DNA of 64,000 nt from Bacteroidales bacterium (lineage in GTDB: Bacteria; Bacteroidota; Bacteroidia; Bacteroidales; WCHB1-69), in contig JAQUGA010000001.1 of assembly GCA_028684405.1 (NCBI GenBank), positions 1,833 to 65,832 on the forward strand. Direction: 5' to 3'. Positions 31,601 through 38,369 of this stretch are shown here, piece by piece; position 1 is the stretch's first letter, and each line of letters begins with the position of its first letter. Both the position numbers and the translations under genes were made by a program. Below the pieces are notes generated by a model. That model had not been told where the DNA came from, searched no databases, and was given only the letters and a program-made list of their open reading frames with translations.

Positions 31601-32837
31601 GAGTTGCAGGGCTTGTCGTTTTAATACAATATAAAGTACCAGAAACACCACTTTTAATGTTATTTGCAATTGAATTATCATTTACAAAACAAGTAGTAGG
31701 TGATCCGGTTTCAATTCCATAAAAAGTGCCTGAACCAGATAGGGTATTGTTGGCAACTGTATTTTCATTTATGTTTACATTAAATGCAGCTGCATTGTTA
31801 TAAATGCCATAAAAATTACCTGTAGTAGCTGTTGCATAAGAACAGTTTTCAATGGTATTGTTGTTTAAGTTAACAATGTTTGAAGTGCCTGATATTGCAC
31901 TTTCAATTCCTACAACCAGAGTAGTAGTACCCGTAGAAGTCAATGCAATGGTATTGAAAGTTACATCCACATTGGCATTGGTTGTACTAGCAAGATAAAT
32001 ACCACGTAGGGTATTGTTTGTGCTGGTTGAAATAGTATTGTTCGAAACTTTTGCCAGATTATTATTCATAATATAAATACCGGCACACGTAGAGCTTCCT
32101 CCAAAATTCGAAATATTATTTCCATCTGTCATACCAATTTCAACTCCTTGATCATAATTTGCATAAGGAGATGAATCCGTGTAGCCCTTGAAATAAATAC
32201 CATAAAATACATTTGAAATGGTGTTCCCATTCACTTTGTTGTATGAATTTGCTCCGCTCAAAGCGGTAATTGTAAGAGCTGTAGTGTTGAGTTCTGTATG
32301 ATTTCCCGAATAAATACCTACTGAATTCGTATTTGTTTTATTCAACGTAATCGCACAGTTCATAATGTTGTTGTTTTGCGCACCATTGGTTGCTGATGCT
32401 TTAACAAATGCATAACCCCATTCCATCTGGGTTAATGAAGTAAGATTTGCAGGATTATCCTGTAAATCAATTCCATCAAAGGTGATATAATCACCGCCTT
32501 TGATAACAATAATTCCGTCAACTGTAGTAGAAACACCAGTAGCTGCCGTAATTAATGGGTTTGCACCTTCGCCAGATTTTTCGAAAATAATCTGATTGTC
32601 GAGGCTTGTTCCTGTTGCAGTAATAAGGCCTGCACTCGAACTCGCAAATGTTTCTGTATGTCCAGCGGCAACTTCAAAAGTTACACCTGGAGACTCTATG
32701 CCTACTGCGTTTAAATCCGCAATGGCTGATGCAATTGTAGGATAATCCCCAGGAATGGTTTTGACACCGCTCAACTGCGAGAACCCATTCAGGCTGAATA
32801 ATAAAACAGCCACGAAAAGAAGTACGATTTTTTTCAT
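19605..32837 (-). CDS. giant (4410 aa) T9SS-secreted beta-helix / Ig-repeat surface protein (adhesin-like)
   Basis: One uninterrupted 13,233-nt ORF. Signal peptide MKKIVLLFVAVLLFSLNGFSQ. About 700 aa of NNxI/NxxI parallel beta-helix-like repeats. More than 25 Ig-like modules. Three MAM/cleaved-adhesin-like (choice-of-anchor-J-like) domains interleaved with CARDB-like domains (about 21700-24160). T9SS sorting domain at the C-terminus (IYPNPTKGNLNINF...YSIRIISENQTVVGRVVVN). Confidence 0.95.
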   Translation of the reverse strand: MKKIVLLFVAVLLFSLNGFSQLSGVKTIPGDYPTIASAIADLNAVGIESPGVTFEVAAGHTETFASSSAGLITATGTSLDNQIIFEKSGEGANPLITAATGVSTTVDGIIVIKGGDYITFDGIDLQDNPANLTSLTQMEWGYAFVKASATNGAQNNNIMNCAITLNKTNTNSVGIYSGNHTELNTTALTITALSGANSYNKVNGNTISNVFYGIYFKGYTDSSPYANYDQGVEIGMTDGNNISNFGGSSTCAGIYIMNNNLAKVSNNTISTSTNNTLRGIYLASTTNANVDVTFNTIALTSTGTTTLVVGIESAISGTSNIVNLNNNTIENCSYATATTGNFYGIYNNAAAFNVNINENTVANNTLSGSGTFYGIETGSPTTCFVNDNSIANNIKSGVSGTLYCIKTTSPATLTVDGNTIDGNSITGTAATGSIYGFYSNSSALTITVSNNVIKNLTVNGNGSIYGALDYGSSAAKTFTANQIFNFSTTGAAGTMYGIKISTGTINKVSHNAIYGFTSIGGTSGSFYGIQASGGTTNNIFNNVISSILTTSSNPSLYGIYLSGGTTNNVYNNAITDLQTPNANAAIPLAGIYASSGAANLYYNTIYLNANSVGALFGSAGIYTSTTPAVNMKNNIIVNTSTPAGATGYTSAFRRSSTTLTTYSGNNNCFYAGTPGANNVIFYDGTASYLMSPYQALVGGTKDNLSFEEMPPFVNVTTMPYDLRLQTTVSTKCESGGERITSPAITTDAEGTIRWGEDGYTGTGSTTDVGADEFEGIPSYTCTVPVPGNTLSSSASMCYGQSITLSMQNATPGTGVNYQWQTSPDGVAAYSDIVGATTATYSTIATTEAFYQCVVTCQNGPATAISTPIGLAFANTVTGTTPGTRCGTGNVSLAATTGSGTLAWYAASTGGVSLGTGSPFMTPIISTTTDFYVGAEAPAEVDAGRLAPTSLRSDFWANYGLVFNASSSILLKTVDVYPVNTAPANITIRLLDNAGNQVVGTSDVVFMPISGTGSTAQTITLNFNIPAGIGYRLVALSGVVSANKLIQENVDFTYPIINGDISIISNWNGSIASTTYYSWFYNWKVTGSCSSPRVAVTATVTTPPAFAITENQTLCNDAVGTLTVTSTLSDFDTYTWTPQTNLFTDISCTTPYAAAANASTVYVKSATPGVTIYTCTANNSVSLCANTATSTVTVLPEAPVITATPDVLCVSGTSLITANPSTGFGIATFQWQSSSDNVTFSDISGQTNISLTTPDISNTSYFKMIMRNGATVCSETNVVTITVNNPSVTSTTPATRCGTGTVSLEATTGAESLAWYATETGGAPLGSGSPFVTPSISTTTNFYVAAGVSSPQDITIGAGASTSLNNDYKTPFCHYYGGFKAQYLVKASELIAAGNSAGFINSVSFDIVAATGLAFNSFNCGIGATTSEALTTTFQPISSSVYSAASVTPTVGINTYTFSTPFAWDGVSNIIIQTCWSNNNSGSSANTATAKFDVTSFASNSYFNADNKTASVVCGTATGTGTLSARPKMIFDGIGTCSGARVAVTATVTPAPALTITESQSLCNEAVGVLAVTSDVSNFDTYTWSPVTNLFTDIACTTPYVALASATTLYVKSATPSTTNYTCTANDLVSLCVNTATSTVTIQPVNPIPVVSTNLVIACQGSTSIPISTISGPQTITVQFDVLTQPVETNSAPGNIVASATIPAIPAGATITSASFSYPGISANGTSWRSDVKLGFSGAVVNDAASGTGALNSSGVFDYIRTIPAVAINNAGGLVNLLYWDSYSDETGADATFPIGAGVATLTINYSLAPATISWYDAATGGNLVGSNSPLQTVGTTLLPNTNTPDSYEFYAENSTNGCPSASRTLVTVTIIEAPLAPTASNQTICFGTATPDLTASGTGTIKWYSDASLSTLLYTGATFATGKTAVGTYTYYVTLSDVDCEGPATSVVLAINPIPAAPIANNQIVCTENIIPDLTAIGTGEIKWYSDAALLSLEATGETFATGETVAGVYTYYVTQTENACESPSAIATLTINATPTAPLAVSKSACFGTVIPDLTATGTGTIKWYSDASLSTLVYTGTPFTTGNTAAGTYTYYVTQTENGCESSATTVTLTIHELPTGFATVIGNNPICNGETAQIKFNFTGASLFNITVNNDLNTNIIPINAIADNYTIELTPSLTDNYNFLTLTDNNGCTVAINQTVTITVIQLPTAAVIASIDPTGCGLADGSISVTNNVNYSYNWSTTPVQTTSIATGLLAGNYSVTVSENGCDQVLSKTLSDPAGFTVALTSSDADNTICAGESVTFTPSGLTTGTYEFFVNGVSQGITTSYTTSSLTNGAEVYVIGNELGCIAQSNSVITTVHALPNVVAQASDLSICPTDAVTLTGLGASTYVWSGTVLNGVPFVPSATATYTVTGTDGFGCQKTATVQVVVNTLPNVLAIASSNSVCTGSPVTLTGQNAVSYVWSHGVVNGVAFVPSASATYSVTGTDVNGCVNTANVTVTLLDLPTVGATASATGICPNSPVTLNGTGAVNYTWNNAVVNNVAFTPTVTKTYTVTGTDANNCSNTATIEVAIYTPATVTINASSVSVCAGQGVTLSGAGAVSYLWNNSVVNGVEFVPTATSTYIVTGTDVNSCTNTASIQVVVKPLPIVVANASSTSIFAGQSVTLTGSGASTYEWSHSVVNGVAFNPTSTATYTVTGTNVSGCSNTASVAVAIVVNDQTDILTFKFNGLTPAVVGVVNATTHTVALTVPYGTNLTALVPTITLSTNATINPASGVANNFSSPVIYTVTAENTAITQDWTVNVTVLPNAEKDILTFNLTTPAVTGVIAGNKITLFLPAGTDITALVPTITVSPEATVSPASGIAQNFTTPKTYTVTAQNGTTKVYTVSVDVVQSVPYVQDFEATTFPPAYWLLDKGVGSGNHWTHSTTGGVTGSPGSMKCSYSSTLASNAWALTPYFSLENGKKYIIQFYQKAGSTSYSEKLKLTVGSDKTIASQTTVLWSNDTLKNSSFIKRVVPFECTANGNYVFGFNCYSIANQLSLTIDSICIYEMPMYDAGVVAMTSPALNTSLGSSAVSVDVKNFGVANITSTSVNWSVNGTIQTPFVFSNTGLVTNATENVTLGNYTFNIAGSNTLKFWTGDVNGNADANHNNDTLVRTIFVIPNYDAQAIAVNAPASSIFAGTQDVKVAVKNLGVETMNQVVINWSVNGVLQTPYTHTPATPLVQNASETQILIGNFSFTQMGSNTIKVWTGLINGNADQITANDTFTYVLAVKGFAPIPYAESFDGTWINGSSTRDIPSFYSNNTPATGNNSWRRDDDGLSAVWSSPTSYGYTPTGANGTLHSARFHSGYASSGTIGLMDHYLDFSTPGTKELSFYYINTSGNDSLEALISYDNGANFDKLAGYKVQSSWTKKSINLGNNTNSQVVVRFKATSDYGATDIGIDELKVRLMLAADVAVSAIQGPVSSACGLVNDTVKVTVSNSGLTDVTDLPLTLVVVGPNGSNTYPSIIPSLLVGQSTVVNAAIINTTESGVYKLTAFTNLSNDGDRNNDTMRIERTTSFPKPLPYFESFDSLTLDWTASGTAMSWGTGHGLTSKAIYKNLWSSGVTANAYSPKVGPITPGSFLVFDYRIVDYSTPYPATNITINDSIKVIMRTCDNAYLVHSITSTNHTPSGAMKKVVLPIDPFFNGTDVFAGFIVKWGAGDYYVDFDNVEIKMADPISVNIANAMICAGQTHTFIATDGDDYTYQWFQGSLSNPLTETTNQLNVTTAGNYYVIATNIFGLSDTAMATLTINALPVVNLGAAQIKCANEAIVLNAGTFDSYAWSTGDTTQIVSLDHADLGSGLTNVAVTVTDVNGCSNSGSVNITFIDIPVVDLGLDVLVCDGNPIVVTAPAGLTYLWNNSSTNQSITVSTAGTYSVVVTDPITMCQNTDSITVLFSPVVTVELGANINLCTGSAALLDAGYTIGGTYSWFEAANPTIVLGTSQTFSATAAGTYHVVVTNTCLSTATDFVTVTLIPIPTAVISGTASICEGQSGTLAVNLTGVAPWNVVVFDGNNSVNHNGINTSSVEFTVHPITNTTYTVSTVTDANGCSNVGTGSAVIVVNAAPIVDLGLSEAICAGETRILDAGVHTSYLWSDNSTNQTLTVSAEGTYSVTVTNANGCTATDNYVLTVNSLPVINIPTNAGVCLGSTLTLDAGNTGSTFLWNTNATTQTINVIAADTYSVVVTDANGCSNTASVDVVVNSLPVVNLGPNATLCFNLNETLQLDAGNVGSTYAWSVPGLTGQTPIVNNTLLPLGVTTVSVTVTDANTCQNTGSIVITYEICSGVSEIGPLSSMNIYPNPTKGNLNINFGNTIDQAVIELIGMNGQLISREEVKGVSLHTLDLGKIAKGIYSIRIISENQTVVGRVVVN
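24162..24677 (-). repeat. two tandem in-frame modules (91 and 81 aa) starting DILTF
   Basis: DILTFKFNGLTPAVVG...LTALVPTITLS... and DILTFNLTTPAVTG...ITALVPTITVS.... Boundaries were counted from codons. Confidence 0.8.
24690..25754 (-). repeat. five tandem in-frame 213-bp (71-aa) Ig-like modules
   Basis: Units LPNV..AS...C....VTLTG.GA..Y.W...V.NGV.F.P....TY.VTGTD...C.NTA.V.V. 5 x 213 bp fits the coordinates exactly. Confidence 0.85.
26490..27218 (-). repeat. three tandem in-frame 243-bp (81-aa) Ig-like modules
   Basis: The KWYSDA codon blocks recur at 26632, 26875 and 27118, exactly 243 bp apart. Units have the form ..C....PDLTA.GTG.IKWYSDA.L..L..TG..F.TG...AG.YTYYVT....CE......L.I. Confidence 0.9.
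27900..30520 (-). repeat. two tandem ~1.3-kb supermodules with conserved flanks and unrelated central inserts
   Basis: Conserved blocks recur 1233 bp apart (30181 vs 28948) and 1344 bp apart (29560 vs 28216). Flank motifs are RCGTG.VSL.ATTG..LAWYA..TGG and RVAVTATV...ITE.Q.LCN.AVG...FDTYTW.P.TNLFTDI.CTTPY. Outer boundaries are approximate. Confidence 0.75.
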
Positions 32838-33055
32838 AAATTGGGTATTGTTGATTTGTTTTGATTCTTTATAGCTTCAAGAATAATGTGGTAATAATTT
32901 TTCTTTTGAAAAAAGGACTGTAAAAATAAAAATAAAAACGACATCTATGTGATTGTTTTAAAAAATATTTTTAAAATATATGTAATGATTTGTTTTTAAG
33001 CACAATAAAATAATTTTACGACATTATTTTACATAATTTTAAGCGGTTTTTAGCA

Positions 33056-33104
33056 AAAATCAAGCCAATTTAACATTTGCCAAATGTTAAATTGGCTTGA
33101 TTTT
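33056..33104 (-). terminator. 24-bp perfect palindromic hairpin downstream of the exporter operon
   Basis: aaaatcaagccaatttaacatttg c caaatgttaaattggcttgatttt. It lies between the DUF2141 stop (33246) and the giant-gene start (32837). Confidence 0.5.
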
Positions 33105-33245
33105 CAATATAAATGGACGGATTGATGGAAATCTTTTTAAATCTATTTTGAGTAATGATAAAAATAAGATCGAATACGGACAAAAAAAACGCCAAACTCA
33201 TCTTCGCTAATAGAAGTGAATTTGACGTTCTTTATAGTGTGAGTA

Positions 33246-33674
33246 TTACATGTATCTCACTTTAATATGTATTGTTTTATCACATTTGTCTATATCAAAA
33301 CTGAAATGCTTATAACTTGGCTTGGTTAAGCCTTTGAAATAATAGTCCGAAAATCCAAATCCTTCCTTGGGAAGGAAAAATGAATAATCCATCTCCCCGT
33401 TTTTATTTTCATCATCAAGAAGAGCAATTCCATACGTTCCGGGGCGAATATCGGTATAAACAGCCGTAATACAGCCATCTATAAGTCCCTCCTTGGAAAT
33501 ATATTTGGTGATGCGTGGATCTTCTTTTTTATACTCCTCTTCGGAAGCAAAAAATGCAAGACGTATGTTGCCTTTTGAGTTTTTGATGCCCGAAATTTTA
33601 ACTGTAATCGTCTGGGAATGTATCATTGCAAAGCCAGATGCCAGAAGTACAATAAAAATAAATATCTTTTTCAT
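33246..33674 (-). CDS. DUF2141-like secreted protein
   Basis: Signal peptide. IKNSKGNIRLAFF....GTYGIALLDDENKNGEMDYSFFLPKEGFGFS pattern is typical of DUF2141. Confidence 0.7.
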   Translation of the reverse strand: MKKIFIFIVLLASGFAMIHSQTITVKISGIKNSKGNIRLAFFASEEEYKKEDPRITKYISKEGLIDGCITAVYTDIRPGTYGIALLDDENKNGEMDYSFFLPKEGFGFSDYYFKGLTKPSYKHFSFDIDKCDKTIHIKVRYM

Positions 33675-33769
33675 AGAGCAGGTGTTATTGCAATTATTAA
33701 TACTATGAACAAAATCGGACCCAGCCGAATATCAGATTCGGAAAGCTTAAAATATAAAAACCAGAAGAT

Positions 33770-34540
33770 CTATTTTTCAAGGTTAGAAGTGCTGAAATAA
33801 TTTTCGCTTACATTCGATCCACGTTGGTAACTATTGATAATGATTTCCGATTTTCTTTTGTTTTTATGATTTGTAGCAGTCATCAAAAAAGCCATGTAGC
33901 GACCGTCCGATTGCTTTTTGTAATTTTCCATGGTTGAGGTTTTGATAAGCTTTCCATTTTTATCATAAAAATCGACTTTGCAGGTTAAAAAAGAGCTTTT
34001 TTCAATATATGTAATTTTCTTGGCAAATTTTTGCACTGAAGCGATAGCACTTGTTTTACATTCAGATTCTATTTTGTAGCAAACTTTACCATCCACTGTT
34101 TCGGTGCCCGCTAGACTATAGGTAAAGTCATCCATATTCGGATTACTCATGTCTGAGTTTGAGAATTCGCTGCCCATAAAACTAGAAGATTTTTCGGAAC
34201 TTACAATCCGACGAGTTTTTTTCAAGGTAGGTAGGTAAACCCACATATCGTCATCTTTTTTTTCATAGTCAAAGATGAGCATTCCTGTGCCTTTTACGTC
34301 GGCTGGTGAAAGAAATTTGATCATAGTTTTGGTTACAGCACCAAACTTTTTGGTAATGTTAGAAACCTGACGGGTGCGCACATTGCCACGGTGATCGTAG
34401 ATTTTTAGGGTAGATGTCATTTCCATTTCGTCTGCCGAAATAGCATCACTAGCTTTTGTCATAATTGTACGGGCATCTTGAGCATTCAAGAAAAAACTTG
34501 CCAATATAAGGAACGGTAGAATAATAATTGATTTTTTCAT
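33770..34540 (-). CDS. LolA-like outer-membrane lipoprotein-sorting protein family (periplasmic carrier candidate)
   Basis: Signal peptide, 256 aa. DDMWVYLPTLKKTRRI motif and gene context next to an MMPL transporter. Confidence 0.7.
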   Translation of the reverse strand: MKKSIIILPFLILASFFLNAQDARTIMTKASDAISADEMEMTSTLKIYDHRGNVRTRQVSNITKKFGAVTKTMIKFLSPADVKGTGMLIFDYEKKDDDMWVYLPTLKKTRRIVSSEKSSSFMGSEFSNSDMSNPNMDDFTYSLAGTETVDGKVCYKIESECKTSAIASVQKFAKKITYIEKSSFLTCKVDFYDKNGKLIKTSTMENYKKQSDGRYMAFLMTATNHKNKRKSEIIINSYQRGSNVSENYFSTSNLEK

Positions 34541-34559
34541 TTTATTTGTTTTATTTGTT

Positions 34560-36803
34560 TTATTTATATTTCATTCGGATAAGAATTGCGGGGATTAAAA
34601 TCAAGGCACAAAGCAAGCAGAGTAGCAGCGAAAACAAGATTAAGAAGCCAAATGTTTTAAGCATGATAATTCCAGATAAAAAGAGAACCGAAAAACCGAT
34701 CATTACTGAAAAAGCGTTTATAGCGATTCCACGACCCGTATTTCGAAGACATATATCAATGGCTTCTGTTAGAGGTTTTCCTAAATTGAGCTCGGATCTA
34801 ATTCTCCAGAATAGGTGAATGGTATAATCCACTCCAATTCCGATGGCTACCGATGATAGGAGAGATGTTGCAATATCCAATCGGAGTCCCAACCAGCCCA
34901 TCAATCCAAAATTGCAAACAATGGTGAAAACCAATGGAATACAGCCAATAAGTCCAGTTTTAAAAGACCTAAAAATCATCCACATAAGTAATAATATGGC
35001 TGTAAATGCTAAAATCAGAGAGTAAATTTGACCTTGTGCAATAGAAATAGCCATGTCTTTTTCAACCAATGAAATTCCAGATTCAAATTTAGCATGTTCC
35101 GAGTTTTTACAGAAATCGCTTATAGCGTTTGCTACTTCATTGTATTCTTTTATGTTCTTAGCATGAAACTGTATGTTGACAATGGCTTTTTCGAAATTAA
35201 AATCGACAAATTTTTCAAAATCTTCTGGATCGCCGCTCATATTATAAAACTCAATGTATTGAGCAATTCCATCTCGTGTTTCGGGGATCTCTCCATATGC
35301 CGGATCACTTGGATCGTTTAGAGCCTTGCTCATAATTTTCAGAATGCTTGCCAATGAATTAACATTTCCTGTTTGAGGGAATTGTTTTACTGTTTCTTCC
35401 AACTTAACCATATCGTTAATAACTTCCGGCGATTTAATATCTCCTTCAAACATCACCGAAATTGTTTTGGTGCCTCCAAAATACGTGTTCATCACTTCGG
35501 TTGCTTTGCGAATGGAATGAGAGGCAGGCATAAGTTTTTCATTGTTAATGGTAACTTCCAATCTTGTGGTACCGACTGCAGCAAGGACAAAAATGGATGA
35601 AAAAACGATAATTATTGTTTTTGATTTGGTAAGAACAAGAGAAGATGCAAGTTTTAATAATTTATCAATAGGCGAATTTCGCTGTCCATTAAAACTTTTT
35701 TGAGGTTTCCCTTTTTTCATCCCAATAAGAATGGCAGGCAAGAAATACAAACTCAAATACAGAGCAAATGCAATACCAATCGAACAAACAACTCCCATTT
35801 GCACTGCTGGTTCCATAATGTGTACGAGCAGTCCCAATACGCCTGCAATGGTTGTTAAACCAGTCAGAAGAATGGGTTTTGAAAGACTGTTTACCGATTC
35901 TTTTACAATTTGATCCATGCTCCGTTCAGGATAAAGTGCATTTAATTCTTGATATTTTGAAATAATATGGACTCCATAATTGTTTGCAATAGAAATCATT
36001 AATATCGGTATAAGTACTGCAATCAAGCTTAGTTCATAGCCCATAAGTGGCATGAGTCCCATCGAAATTCCAGTCGAGAAAATAACGACCAACATGGGTA
36101 AAAACACGCCCCGTTTTTCGCGGAACGAAATAAATAAAAATACAATCATAATTAGCAAGGCAAGTGGCATCAAAAACATCAAATCTCGCGTTGCTTTTTC
36201 CTGAACCACGTCTCTGAGATAGAGCATTCCGGTGATATCATAATTCTTTGCACCCCAAGTTTTCGTGACAATCTCTTCCACTTTGGCAATTATTTCCGAA
36301 TCAGAAAATCCCTCTTCGGGATTGATAATCATAACAGTGTATTTAAAATTTTCGGAAACCAACAGCTTGTATGCCAGAGTGTTCGATTTGACATATGCTC
36401 TTAATTCCTCTTTCTCTTCTTCGTTTTCAGGAATTATATTAATGGCCGGATCTACAAGCATAAAACCATCTTGGCTACGAATGTGCTTTGATGTGAAAAC
36501 GGAAATTACATCCGAAAACATCTCGTCATTCGATATTTCGTCGTGTATCGAACTCAGTTTTTCTAAAACACCTCCATCAATAATGTCATCTGCTTTAAAA
36601 ACCACAATAACGGGGTCGTACTTGCCAAAAACATCTTCTGTCTTCTCAATGTTTAGTTTAGACTCCGTCCCTTGCGGAGTATAACGCATCAAATCTGGGT
36701 TGATTTTAGCATCCTTTAGCGGAATGAGAAATGCTAAAAATAGAATTACAGGAATTACAATCAGAAAGTACCTGTAAGGCTTGTTTAAAAGTTTATTTTT
36801 CAT
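34560..36803 (-). CDS. MMPL/RND superfamily exporter
   Basis: 747 aa. Two 6-TM bundles each preceded by a large periplasmic loop, and internal duplication (GLMPLMGYELS / GLMGWLGLRLD). Confidence 0.85.
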   Translation of the reverse strand: MKNKLLNKPYRYFLIVIPVILFLAFLIPLKDAKINPDLMRYTPQGTESKLNIEKTEDVFGKYDPVIVVFKADDIIDGGVLEKLSSIHDEISNDEMFSDVISVFTSKHIRSQDGFMLVDPAINIIPENEEEKEELRAYVKSNTLAYKLLVSENFKYTVMIINPEEGFSDSEIIAKVEEIVTKTWGAKNYDITGMLYLRDVVQEKATRDLMFLMPLALLIMIVFLFISFREKRGVFLPMLVVIFSTGISMGLMPLMGYELSLIAVLIPILMISIANNYGVHIISKYQELNALYPERSMDQIVKESVNSLSKPILLTGLTTIAGVLGLLVHIMEPAVQMGVVCSIGIAFALYLSLYFLPAILIGMKKGKPQKSFNGQRNSPIDKLLKLASSLVLTKSKTIIIVFSSIFVLAAVGTTRLEVTINNEKLMPASHSIRKATEVMNTYFGGTKTISVMFEGDIKSPEVINDMVKLEETVKQFPQTGNVNSLASILKIMSKALNDPSDPAYGEIPETRDGIAQYIEFYNMSGDPEDFEKFVDFNFEKAIVNIQFHAKNIKEYNEVANAISDFCKNSEHAKFESGISLVEKDMAISIAQGQIYSLILAFTAILLLMWMIFRSFKTGLIGCIPLVFTIVCNFGLMGWLGLRLDIATSLLSSVAIGIGVDYTIHLFWRIRSELNLGKPLTEAIDICLRNTGRGIAINAFSVMIGFSVLFLSGIIMLKTFGFLILFSLLLCLLCALILIPAILIRMKYK

Positions 36804-36806
36804 ATT

Positions 36807-38177
36807 TTAAAAACTATATTTCATTGAAAAAAATATTCCACTCATGATACTCCCAGCATAATCAAATATGGATTCTTTGGGACCATCCATAAACTGACCA
36901 CCAGCCGACAAGGCTAGCTCATCCGAAAGTTTCCACTTGACTGCAGCACGCATTAATTTCTCATCGGTCGTGAAATTATACAAGAAACTTAAATCGCCAG
37001 TGATCGTTTCGTAAAAAAAATCGCGGTGAAGCGTAACCATCATTGCGTGACTGATTTTTTGAGATTGGCTAAAAACCTTATTATTAAAATCTCCTATCTG
37101 ATGAGCAAGCATATTATTCATATAATTACCTAGTTCGGCAGGGTTGCTTGGAAATAAGGGAACTGGTTTTTCTTCAAAATCTAAAACGTAGCGTCCAATG
37201 TATTCTCCTATTATTTTAACTCCAAAAATATCTTTTTCAAGGCCGGCTACATAATAAAATTCAGGATTCGGAATAAAAATGCTGTCTTTATAATCTTCAG
37301 TATGATTGTAAGCACCTTCTGCCGTAAACAGCCACGAACCCGCAGGAACACTTAAACTTAATCCCAAACTTGTCTTTTTGTAAAATTCAGCTTGATTTAC
37401 AAGACTCAAAGATGGAATTATTGCAAAATTATTAATTTTAAATCCATAAAATGGGTCATATCCGTGAAATCCAGTAAGCGAAATATCGGCAAATGAAAAT
37501 TGTGTTCCAATTCGAGCCGAATAGCTCATGTTTTCAAATGAAATCTCTGGAAGTGTATATTCGTGGAAACTCACCTCTACTTTTTGATCAGCAAATGCAG
37601 GGGGAAGCGGCAAATCCATGTCCGAAAGCTCATAATTCATATCAAAAAGATCGTATCTATATATAGATGGTGTGTAAACAGGAATCGCAATAAGTTCGAT
37701 ATTTAACCAATTGGCAGGCTTAATATTTGTTTTCAACATGAAATTAGACATTTGCATATCTTCCATATCGGAACTCAAAAAGAAATAATCCTTTGGACAA
37801 ACATTGTCTGTTGGATTAAAACTGCTTGCTTTACCATATTTTACAATTCTTTTTCCCAGCGAAACTTCAAAATAGTCGCTACTATATTCTGCAAATGCTT
37901 CTTTAAGATCCATGATGGTTTTGTTTTCTCCAAAAAAACTTCCACTTCGTACCCGAAAATCTGTAACAAATCGAGAATTCCCTTTGTTGCCTGAAACCTT
38001 TAATCCAAGCTCGCCATACGCAGAAGAGATATCAAACGATTTTGACAACCCATAATAGGTTCCATTGGCAAAACCATTTATTGTAAATGATTTATTGTCA
38101 GGAATTGAATCCTGTGCAAAAATGCTACTGCCGAAAAACAGTGCTAATAATAAGATGGGATAAGAAAAAGCTTTCAT
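36807..38177 (-). CDS. outer-membrane beta-barrel protein (DUF1302-like context)
   Basis: Signal peptide MKAFSYPILLLALFFGSSIFAQ. Alternating beta pattern with an aromatic C-terminus ...FFSMKYSF. 3-nt gap to the MMPL gene. Confidence 0.65.
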   Translation of the reverse strand: MKAFSYPILLLALFFGSSIFAQDSIPDNKSFTINGFANGTYYGLSKSFDISSAYGELGLKVSGNKGNSRFVTDFRVRSGSFFGENKTIMDLKEAFAEYSSDYFEVSLGKRIVKYGKASSFNPTDNVCPKDYFFLSSDMEDMQMSNFMLKTNIKPANWLNIELIAIPVYTPSIYRYDLFDMNYELSDMDLPLPPAFADQKVEVSFHEYTLPEISFENMSYSARIGTQFSFADISLTGFHGYDPFYGFKINNFAIIPSLSLVNQAEFYKKTSLGLSLSVPAGSWLFTAEGAYNHTEDYKDSIFIPNPEFYYVAGLEKDIFGVKIIGEYIGRYVLDFEEKPVPLFPSNPAELGNYMNNMLAHQIGDFNNKVFSQSQKISHAMMVTLHRDFFYETITGDLSFLYNFTTDEKLMRAAVKWKLSDELALSAGGQFMDGPKESIFDYAGSIMSGIFFSMKYSF

Positions 38178-38369
38178 GTTTTTTTTTGATGTAAAACTAA
38201 AGCTTTGATTATGGGATATGGTTATTGTTTTAAAATCTGCACTTGAAGTTGAGGTTCGAGTTTTAAAAGTCGTACTATTTCAGGGAGGGAAATGTGAATT
38301 AAGGCCCTTTCCATGTCAAAATGCACTGCAGCAATTAATTTATATTTTCTTTGGATATTTTACAATTTA

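Noticed and set aside
34541-34567. Three tandem 9-mers (tttatttgt tttatttgt tttatttat) spanning the MMPL stop codon and the spacer before the LolA-like start.
   Set aside because: This is a short AT-rich repeat that simply gives an A-rich leader on the coding strand, as is common upstream of Bacteroidota start codons. There is no evidence of a regulatory role.
36265-36684. 139-aa plus-strand ORF inside the MMPL gene. Many similar 60-110-aa ORFs on the opposite strand of large genes fall in the same class (for example 13766..14101, 41107..41370, 46625..46891).
   Set aside because: These are shadow ORFs within well-supported genes and have no independent evidence.
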